64,000 nucleotides of DNA, taken from the NCBI GenBank assembly GCA_903924465.1, contig CAIYBN010000145.1, forward strand, positions 17,364 through 81,363, given 5' to 3'. This DNA comes from an uncultured Myxococcales bacterium. GTDB lineage: Bacteria; Myxococcota_A; UBA9042. Of the stretch, positions 57,459 to 64,000 are shown one piece after another. Position 1 is the stretch's first letter; every line of letters begins with the position of its first letter. A program made the translations under genes and the position numbers. The notes under the pieces were generated by a model. It worked only from the letters and a program-made list of their open reading frames with translations. It had not been told where the DNA came from and searched no databases.

Positions 57459-59294
57459 CTACAGCGATTTGGCGGAACGATTGACGTACAGCGTCTGCAG
57501 CACACTCAGCACCGTGTTGGCCAGAATGTACAGGGTCAGGCCAGAAGGCAACTGCAGCATCATCGCCGTGAACAAGATGGGCATGAAATACAGCATCATC
57601 TTTTGCTGCGTCGGATCGCCACCGGCTTGCGGCGTCACTTTCTGCTGGGCAAACATCACGCCGCCGAGCAGCAGCGGCAGCACGTAGTACGGATCCTTGG
57701 CGGTCAGATCCGTCACCCAGCCGAACAGCGGCTGGTTGAACAACTCGACCGAGCTGTTGATCGTCCGGTACAATGCAATGTACACTGGCATTTGCAGCAG
57801 CATCGGCAAGCAGCCGCCCAGCGGATTGACGTCGTGCTTCTTGTACAGGTCAAACGTCGCGCGGTTCAGCTCCTGCGGATCCGCCTTCTCCTGACCGAGC
57901 TTCTTGGCCCGCGCTTCCAGATCCGCGCGCACCTTGTCCATCTCAGGCTTCAGCTGCTGCATCTTCTTCATCGACTTCATGCTGCGCGCCGTCACCGGCC
58001 ACAGGAGCACTTTGACGAGCAGCGTAAGGATGAGAATCGCCAGCGGCCACAGCCCGGTGACGTCGTGCGCCCAGCGCAACACCCAGATCATCGGCTTGGC
58101 GATGACGGTGAACCAGCCAAAGTCGACGCTGCCAACCAGTTCGTGGCCGACTTCCTTGAGCGCGTCCAGCTGTTTGGGACCGGCAAACGTCAGGTAGGTC
58201 CACGTCTTGCCGGCGCCTTTGTCATCGCCACACGCCACGCCGCCCCAGGTCTTCTGATACCAGCTGGGCATGCACGTGGCGGCCGGAATCGTCGTCGCAC
58301 CGGTCGTCAGTTGCGCCTGCACGCCGCCTGAGCCACGCGGTACGAGCAGCGTCGCGGTCTTGTCGTCGTAGCCGGTCAGCGGCACTTCAGCGAGCAGGAA
58401 GTAGCGGGAATCCACGCCAAACCAGTCTGGCTTGCCCATCCGCTGACGATCGGGCAAATCGGCCTTGGCCAAACCCGCCAGATCCTGGTGCAGCAGCGCG
58501 CCCGCCTGCCAGAGTCCCGCGCCCTTGTTGTCCGGCGGCGCAGAAAACATCGCGAGCATCCCGCCAGAGCCCGCCGTCGGGTCCTGAAAACTGCTCACCT
58601 GCGACTGCAACGTGACCTGAACCGCCTGTCCGCTCAGGTTCCACGCCGCGAGCTCCACGTCCAGCGACAGCGGCTGTTCGCTGCCAGCCGCCGTCTTGCC
58701 CGCTGGCTTCCAGGTCTTGACCAGGTAAATCGGCGACTGCACTTTCTGCGGATCCGGCCAGATCATCGCCACATGCGCAGCATCGTGACTGAGCACCGCC
58801 CACTGCGGTTCCGCTTTTTGCAACGCCGCCAAGCTCGGCACCGTCTGCGTCATCGTCGAGGCGCCCGCGCGCCGTTGAATCTTCACCGATGGCTGACCCG
58901 CGACGAGCGCCTGGATCAGGTTGTCCTGGAACGGGTCCCAAGGGGCGTCCCACGTCGGCACCAAATCCAGCTGTCCATCTGCATACTTCGCCTTGGCCCA
59001 TCCCGGCAGACCGGCCGGCTCGTGGCGCGCCGTCACGCGAAACTGCGGATCGGTCAAGTGAACGGACTCCAGCGCGCCGGAGCATGGCGACAAGGTCCAG
59101 ATCGCCTGACCGCTGTTCAGCGTCACGCCGGCAACGCCAGGACGGCACGGACCGGCGGGTTTCGCGGCCACTTCCGGTCTGGCCATGCCCGCGGTGGGCG
59201 TCACGGTTGTGGGCAGATCGGCGCGCGCGGGTTTTGCCGGCAAGATGGCCAACAACGCGAAAAGTGTAAGAAAAGTCGAACGGATGACAGTCAT
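57459..59294 (-). CDS. yidC: Membrane protein insertase YidC
   Basis: 611 aa. Large periplasmic domain. Conserved C-terminal TM core (LPMLLQMPVYIALYRTINSSVELFNQPLFGWVTDL). Confidence 0.93.
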   Translation of the reverse strand: MTVIRSTFLTLFALLAILPAKPARADLPTTVTPTAGMARPEVAAKPAGPCRPGVAGVTLNSGQAIWTLSPCSGALESVHLTDPQFRVTARHEPAGLPGWAKAKYADGQLDLVPTWDAPWDPFQDNLIQALVAGQPSVKIQRRAGASTMTQTVPSLAALQKAEPQWAVLSHDAAHVAMIWPDPQKVQSPIYLVKTWKPAGKTAAGSEQPLSLDVELAAWNLSGQAVQVTLQSQVSSFQDPTAGSGGMLAMFSAPPDNKGAGLWQAGALLHQDLAGLAKADLPDRQRMGKPDWFGVDSRYFLLAEVPLTGYDDKTATLLVPRGSGGVQAQLTTGATTIPAATCMPSWYQKTWGGVACGDDKGAGKTWTYLTFAGPKQLDALKEVGHELVGSVDFGWFTVIAKPMIWVLRWAHDVTGLWPLAILILTLLVKVLLWPVTARSMKSMKKMQQLKPEMDKVRADLEARAKKLGQEKADPQELNRATFDLYKKHDVNPLGGCLPMLLQMPVYIALYRTINSSVELFNQPLFGWVTDLTAKDPYYVLPLLLGGVMFAQQKVTPQAGGDPTQQKMMLYFMPILFTAMMLQLPSGLTLYILANTVLSVLQTLYVNRSAKSL

Positions 59295-59680
59295 TGCTGG
59301 GTCTCACAGGGCGAACTGGTGGAAATCGCGACAGGGGCGGCGGCACGCCACCGGCCATTCCAGGGACCGGGCGGCACCGGATCGTGACCGCCGACACACA
59401 TCGGTTGGCAACGCAGCAGGCGCCAGGCCGTCAACACCAGCGCGCGCGGGACGCGGTGCTGCTGGAACGCTTGCGCGGCGTAGTGCGAGCACGTCGGCTC
59501 AAACCGGCAGGCGGGCGGCAAAAGTCGAGACAGCGTGCGCTGATACAGACGAATCAAAGCCAACAGCGGCAACGCCAGCCAGTAGTCGAGGCGAGCGGCC
59601 GGCGGATCGGACGGTGTCGGTGCGTGCGCGAGCGTCAAGGTGGCCGACTCCGGATAGGGCGTACGACAAATTGCGTCCAT
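59291..59680 (-). CDS. yidD: Membrane protein insertion efficiency factor YidD (start uncertain)
   Basis: LIRLYQRTLSRLLPPACRFEPTCSHYAAQAF...CQPMCVGGHDPVPPGP matches the YidD signature. Stop overlaps the yidC ATG (ATGA). True start probably an internal/alternative codon closer to LDYWLALPLLA. Confidence 0.7.
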   Translation of the reverse strand: MDAICRTPYPESATLTLAHAPTPSDPPAARLDYWLALPLLALIRLYQRTLSRLLPPACRFEPTCSHYAAQAFQQHRVPRALVLTAWRLLRCQPMCVGGHDPVPPGPWNGRWRAAAPVAISTSSPCETQQ

Positions 59681-59751
59681 CACCTGCCAACTCGTATCGC
59701 CGTGCGCATGGCTGGCAGCGGCGCTCAAGACAGTGATTCTGCCGTGAGCCC

Positions 59752-60165
59752 CTAGTCGATCAATCGCAGCTTCTTGCCAAGAAGCATCATTTCCTCAAGC
59801 ACGTCAACCAGTTGCGCATTCGGCCACGGAAGTCGCGCGCTGACGACCAGATCCACGGGGCGCCGCAACGCGGGCCGCAGCACCCGAAAGGCTTCCCGCG
59901 TCAGGCGGCGCAACCGGGCCCTCGCGGGCGCATGGCCAACACCCTTCGCCACCGCGAGGCCCAGCCGTGGCGGGGCGTCTTGCTCGCGCGGCGGGCTGGC
60001 AATCAGGTGGATGTGGTGCCCGTGAGCCCGTCGTCCACGCTGGAAAACGCGGTCAAAGTCGCGCTTGTACTGCAGCCGACTTCCGCGCCCCAACGATCCG
60101 TGTGGCGCCGGAATTTCGCCCGGAGACGCCGGATCAGCCGACGCAGCAGGCGGCGGCGCGATCAC
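59752..60165 (-). CDS. rnpA: Ribonuclease P protein component
   Basis: [26 protein letters not shown]...[27 protein letters not shown], typical RnpA. GTG start overlapping the rpmH stop (GTGA). Confidence 0.85.
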   Translation of the reverse strand: MIAPPPAASADPASPGEIPAPHGSLGRGSRLQYKRDFDRVFQRGRRAHGHHIHLIASPPREQDAPPRLGLAVAKGVGHAPARARLRRLTREAFRVLRPALRRPVDLVVSARLPWPNAQLVDVLEEMMLLGKKLRLID

Positions 60166-60308
60166 TTCGTCGAGACCGACATGCGCAGGCGGCCCTTGGC
60201 GCGACGGCGGTTCAACACTGCGCGGCCATTCTTGGTGGCCATGCGTGCACGAAAGCCGTGGGTACGGAGCTTGGAGATTTTGCTGGGATTGCCTAGACCT
60301 TTCTTCAC
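60162..60308 (-). CDS. rpmH: 50S ribosomal protein L34
   Basis: Reverse complement translates (GTG start) to [48 protein letters not shown]. Canonical rpmH-rnpA-yidD-yidC-jag order. Not in the ORF track (under 60 aa). Confidence 0.85.
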   Translation of the reverse strand: MKKGLGNPSKISKLRTHGFRARMATKNGRAVLNRRRAKGRLRMSVSTK

Positions 60309-61041
60309 GTTACGTTCCTCGGTTCATGGGTTGGCGCGGCGATTGCCCAAACGAAACAGCGCAGTCTGCTCACTTTGGAAGATCAACCGGACGCCCGTTC
60401 AACACACACCTGCAAAAGCAGCGGGGGCGGAAGTGTACACCAACCTGCGGAAAATGCGAGTCCCTTCGCGCATCGCCGGCTGGGCGTGCGCGGTCGCCGC
60501 TGAGACCGCGGCGATCGCGAAACCGTCGTCATCCGCAGTCCGTGCGGCAACTGGTTGATTCTGCTTGGGTCTGGCAAGCACGCGTAAATTCGCATGGTTA
60601 GAAGGAACGACGGCAATCTCGCTGTGCATCATAGGGTTACCCCCGTCCGCACCGGCAATCGTGTCAACGGCGTACGGTGCAAAATGTCAACCTCGTCACG
60701 ATACTGCCATTTGGTTCAATGGGTTGCGCTCCTTTCCAGTCAGGTAATCGAGGCAAATTTGCGGCCCCCCCTTGTCGACGTTCGGGCGCCGCGGTACCAA
60801 TGGACTGGCCAGCCACTTCACCCGGCGCCGTCCCTGCAAAGGGCCGTTCGTGCGTTGGTGAAGAACTGGACGAAACGATTTGGACAATCTGACGAGACGT
60901 CACCGACAACTCCGCGTGGATGCTGTGCTGCAAAGCATGTGGTCCGTGCTGTTTTCCGGGACACGACAAATGCATCGCACGCTTGGACCGCAACACCGAA
61001 TTCTTCCCTAACACCGAACCTTTCCGCATCGATGGACATGC

Positions 61042-61086
61042 TGCCCAACTCGCCCAACTCGCCCAACTCGCCCAACTCGCCCAACT
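61042..61086 (+). repeat. Tandem 9-bp repeat (CGCCCAACT) x5, first copy TGCCCAACT, 45 bp upstream of the preferred dnaA start
   Basis: Direct reading: tgcccaact cgcccaact cgcccaact cgcccaact cgcccaact tgacc. It would encode (PNS)n only if dnaA started at the upstream ATG 61032. Confidence 0.9.
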
Positions 61087-61130
61087 TGACCGAGTCTTCC
61101 GAAACGCCGCGCCATGCGCGTTCCGCAGGC

Positions 61131-62639
61131 ATGGGCGAGGGCGTCACGGGGGGCGAAACGCCGGACGAAATCCGCGCCGTTTGGCAGCAGACCTTGGCGC
61201 GACTGCGGACCCTCACGCGACGCTCGGTCGTTGACGCGTGGTTTGACAAGGTCATCGTCCACGCCGCCGGTCCAGCCGGTTTCGTTCTGGAAGTGCCCGA
61301 TGAGCACTTTCGCGACGTGATTGCCCAGCAACATTTGGCGCCGTTGCGCAGGGCCATCGAGGCCAATGGCCACGGACAGCCCGCGATCGAGTTGCGCGTG
61401 ACCGATGATGGGTCATCGCAGGAATCCGGTCCCGAGGCCGCAATGGCCGACCACCTCGCCGTTCACGGCACGTACGCCGCAGATCCGCTGTTTGCCGCCG
61501 ATCCTCGCTTTGCCAACGCCACGGCGCGCGACACGCTGGATGTTGCCAATACCTTGGAGGCCAGTAGCTCGCTGGTGCCGCGCTTCACGTTTGGCAACTT
61601 TGTCGAAGGTGAATCGAACCAGTTGGCACTTTCCGCAGCGCGCACCGTGGCCGAGCATCCCGGCGAGACGGTCAATCCGGTGTTCCTGTACGGCGGCGTC
61701 GGTTTGGGCAAGACGCATCTGCTGCATGCGATTGGCAACGCCGTGACCGCGCGTCACCCGCACTTGCGCGTGCGCTACGTGCCCGCGGAGACGTTCGCCG
61801 ACGACACGATTTCCGCCATGCGGTCCCGCGACGCGTCCGTGCGTGTCGATGTTCGTGCGTTCTACCGCAACGTGGACGTGCTGCTGTTGGACGATGTGCA
61901 GTTCCTGCAAGGCAAGGAAAAGACTCAAGAAGAGTTTTTCCACACGTTCAACGCGCTGTTTCTGGCCGGCAAGCAAATCGTGCTGACCTGCGACCGCTTT
62001 CCGTCTGAGCTGCACGACTTCCACGAGCGGCTGCGGTCGCGTTTTGAGAACGGGCTGACCGCGGGCATTTCACCGCCGGACCGCGATCTGCGCGTGGCCA
62101 TCCTTCGGCAACGTGCGGCGCAACACACCGCGGCGCGTCTGGCGGGCGAAGCGGGCCCTTCGACCGACCTGGCAAATCAGCACGTGCCTTTGGACGTCAT
62201 CTACTATCTTGCCGACCACTTGCGCAATAATGTGCGAGAGTTGGAAGGCGCGCTGCACAAGCTGTTTGCCCACGCGAAGCTTGGAAAGCGGCCGATCGAC
62301 TTGGCCCTGGCGCGCGCGGCGCTTGGGCCCATCATCGAATTGCCGTCGCGCCATCTCACCGTGGAAGTGATTCAGCGTGTCACGGCGCAGCACTATGGTC
62401 TGCGGGTGACGGATTTGAAGGGAGCCAAGCGCCACCGTGGCGTCGTGGTGCCGCGCATGGTTGCCGTATGGCTCACGCGCAAGCACACCCAGGCTTCGTT
62501 TCCGGAAATTGGCCGGTCGTTTGGCGGCCGGGATCACTCGACCGCGATCCACGCGTGCCAGAAGATCGACTGGCTTGTGCAAACCGATCCGGCCGTTCAG
62601 TCGGCCGTCCAGGCGATCGAGACGACGCTGGGCAAGTAG
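61131..62639 (+). CDS. dnaA: Chromosomal replication initiator protein DnaA
   Basis: N-terminal IRAVWQQTLARLRTL..., AAA+ Walker A GGVGLGKTHLLHAIG, Walker B LLLDDVQFL, C-terminal DNA-binding helix-turn-helix domain (RSFGGRDHSTAIHACQKI). Alternative start ATG 61032 would add 33 aa including the PNS repeat. Confidence 0.9.
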   Translation: MGEGVTGGETPDEIRAVWQQTLARLRTLTRRSVVDAWFDKVIVHAAGPAGFVLEVPDEHFRDVIAQQHLAPLRRAIEANGHGQPAIELRVTDDGSSQESGPEAAMADHLAVHGTYAADPLFAADPRFANATARDTLDVANTLEASSSLVPRFTFGNFVEGESNQLALSAARTVAEHPGETVNPVFLYGGVGLGKTHLLHAIGNAVTARHPHLRVRYVPAETFADDTISAMRSRDASVRVDVRAFYRNVDVLLLDDVQFLQGKEKTQEEFFHTFNALFLAGKQIVLTCDRFPSELHDFHERLRSRFENGLTAGISPPDRDLRVAILRQRAAQHTAARLAGEAGPSTDLANQHVPLDVIYYLADHLRNNVRELEGALHKLFAHAKLGKRPIDLALARAALGPIIELPSRHLTVEVIQRVTAQHYGLRVTDLKGAKRHRGVVVPRMVAVWLTRKHTQASFPEIGRSFGGRDHSTAIHACQKIDWLVQTDPAVQSAVQAIETTLGK

Positions 62640-62669
62640 CCAGCGACCGAGTTGGCCACACGATCGGGT

Positions 62670-63071
62670 TCAGAGGGCCGGAATCGACGCGCGCGGAGCC
62701 ATCGCTCCATGCACTGCGGACCGCAACTCTTCTGCCAGAAATGGCTTTTCCACGCAGGGGTTGGGCACGCGCGCCAGGAACTCGCCGGCTTTGCCGACAA
62801 AAGCCCCGCCCGTCAGAAAGACCATCGTCGCCGCATGAGGTGATTGCCGGGCTTCCAGCGCTGCGTGCACATCCATCCCGGTCAGTTCCGGCATCATGAG
62901 ATCGCACAACAGCAGGTCAAAGTCGTCCTGTGCGAGCAACAGGTCCAGACCGACCTGACCGCGCGTGACGGACACCACGTCGAAGCGCGCGCCGAGGAGC
63001 CGAGCGATGAGGCTGCCGATGAGCGGTTCATCGTCGATCACCAGAATGCGCGGGCGTTTGGGATGCGGCAT
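62670..63071 (-). CDS. Single-domain response regulator (CheY-like receiver)
   Basis: RILVIDDEPLIGSLIARLL...DLLLCDLMMPELTGMD...VFLTG: receiver fold with phospho-acceptor Asp, no output domain. Confidence 0.85.
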   Translation of the reverse strand: MPHPKRPRILVIDDEPLIGSLIARLLGARFDVVSVTRGQVGLDLLLAQDDFDLLLCDLMMPELTGMDVHAALEARQSPHAATMVFLTGGAFVGKAGEFLARVPNPCVEKPFLAEELRSAVHGAMAPRASIPAL

Positions 63072-63215
63072 GAATGGGTGAACGAGCGCGCGAGCAAGCG
63101 CCTGATCATGCTACGCCAAGGATTTTGCCCTCGCAACGCAGCCATTTCGCGGTGTCGTTTGTGACGTCGGCCAACATGCGGCACGATAGCGCTCGGGCAC
63201 GTCCGGGAGCCGTCG

Positions 63216-63944
63216 ATGAATCCACCGCCAGATCACCCCGCCCGCGGTCGCCACTACCGTTTCTATGACCTGCTGATGGCTGGATTCGTGACGGTGCTCT
63301 TGTGCTCCAACATGATTGGTCCAGGCAAGTCGTGTGTCATCGATCTCCTTGGATACAAATTGGTTTTTGGCGCCGGTAACGTATTCTTCCCGATTTCCTA
63401 CGTCTTCGGCGACGTGCTGACCGAAGTGTATGGCTATGCCCGGGCGCGCAAGGTCATCTGGGCCGGCTTTGCCGCGATGATCTTTGCCGCACTGATGAGT
63501 TGGGGGATCATCCACCTGCCCGTGAACCCAGCAGAACCGTACAACAAGGTGATCCAACCGGGCCTGGAAACGGTGTTCGGTAACACCGCGCGGGTCGTCA
63601 TGGCGTCCATGATCGCGTTTTGGGCCGGCGACTTCGTCAACAGCCTGGTCCTGGCAAAAATGAAGGTGGCCACGCGGGGAAAGTGGCTTTGGACGCGGAC
63701 CATCGGCTCGACTGTGGCAGGTCAGGGCGTGGACAGCCTCTTGTTCTACCCCATTGCCTTTGCCACGTTGTGGTCGACAGACACTTTGCTGCAAGTGATT
63801 CTATTCAATTGGCTTTTCAAGGTTGGCGTCGAGGTCATCATGACGCCATTTACCTACGCATTGGTAGGATTTTTGAAACGCGCGGAGAAAGAGGACTTTT
63901 TCGATACCGACACGCAATTTTCGCCATTTTCCCTGAAGGATTAA
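63216..63944 (+). CDS. yhhQ: YhhQ/Vut-family queuosine-precursor transporter (DUF165)
   Basis: 242-aa multi-TM protein. LLCSNMIGPGKSCVIDLLGYKLVFGAGNVFFPISYVFGDVLTEVYGY is typical of the YhhQ family. Confidence 0.78.
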   Translation: MNPPPDHPARGRHYRFYDLLMAGFVTVLLCSNMIGPGKSCVIDLLGYKLVFGAGNVFFPISYVFGDVLTEVYGYARARKVIWAGFAAMIFAALMSWGIIHLPVNPAEPYNKVIQPGLETVFGNTARVVMASMIAFWAGDFVNSLVLAKMKVATRGKWLWTRTIGSTVAGQGVDSLLFYPIAFATLWSTDTLLQVILFNWLFKVGVEVIMTPFTYALVGFLKRAEKEDFFDTDTQFSPFSLKD

Positions 63945-64000
63945 GCTGATGCGCAGCCCGTTTGTGATCCTGTGCGGCTCTCTGATTTGCCTTGCCGCTT

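Noticed and set aside
61042-61086. Possibility that the 9-bp tandem array is a CRISPR-like or minisatellite mobile feature
   Set aside because: Repeats are contiguous without spacers, only 45 bp in total, and there are no cas genes. Treated as a simple tandem repeat or iteron-like array instead.
60309-61130. Confident oriC call with DnaA-box cluster
   Set aside because: Only one near-consensus DnaA box was found by eye. oriC may lie between dnaA and dnaN outside the window. Kept as a low-confidence candidate region in the findings.

Overview
This is a high-GC bacterial chromosomal window. The gene content suggests a Myxococcota-like deltaproteobacterium, though that is inference. Evidence: MopE-type Cys-rich repeat lipoprotein, giant TPR proteins, STPK-like pseudokinase, HEAT-repeat protein, very long RpoB.

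Most of the window is core housekeeping. From the left, on the minus strand:
- 5' end of pyrG, then about 6 kb of tightly packed accessory genes: MopE-repeat lipoprotein, Kazal-like secreted protein, membrane-anchored pentapeptide-repeat protein, a DUF4160/DUF2442 pair.
- The classical str/rif block: rpoC, rpoB, rplL, rplJ, rplA, rplK, nusG, secE, tRNA-Trp, rpmG, tuf, tRNA-Thr/Gly/Tyr/Thr.
- rlmB-pyrF-proS with two lipoproteins upstream, one a di-heme c-type cytochrome.
- Two giant TPR proteins joined to yggU-ruvBAC.
- A lipoprotein cyclophilin (plus strand).
- An orphan CcmF-like heme lyase beside a secreted HEAT-repeat protein.
- A xerC/D-family recombinase coupled to a secreted protein.
- murI, trxB, lipoproteins, a membrane pseudokinase with TPR tail, a VOC enzyme.
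- The origin-proximal cluster jag-yidC-yidD-rnpA-rpmH, divergent from dnaA. dnaA is preceded by a 9-bp x5 tandem repeat. A single-domain response regulator and a YhhQ-family transporter follow.

No CRISPR, transposase or prophage was seen.

Almost all long plus-strand ORFs in the track are GC-rich antisense frames of real minus-strand genes and were rejected.

Coordinates of starts are approximate (a few codons). One locus (around 52.1 kb) showed a 1-nt discrepancy between my manual indexing and the ORF track; track coordinates were kept.

No single dramatic novel system is obvious. The most interesting candidates are the DUF4160/DUF2442 cassette and the secreted-protein block apparently appended to the rpoBC operon, the orphan CcmF-like/HEAT pair, the TM-TPR pseudokinase, and the 9-bp repeat array at the dnaA/oriC-candidate region.
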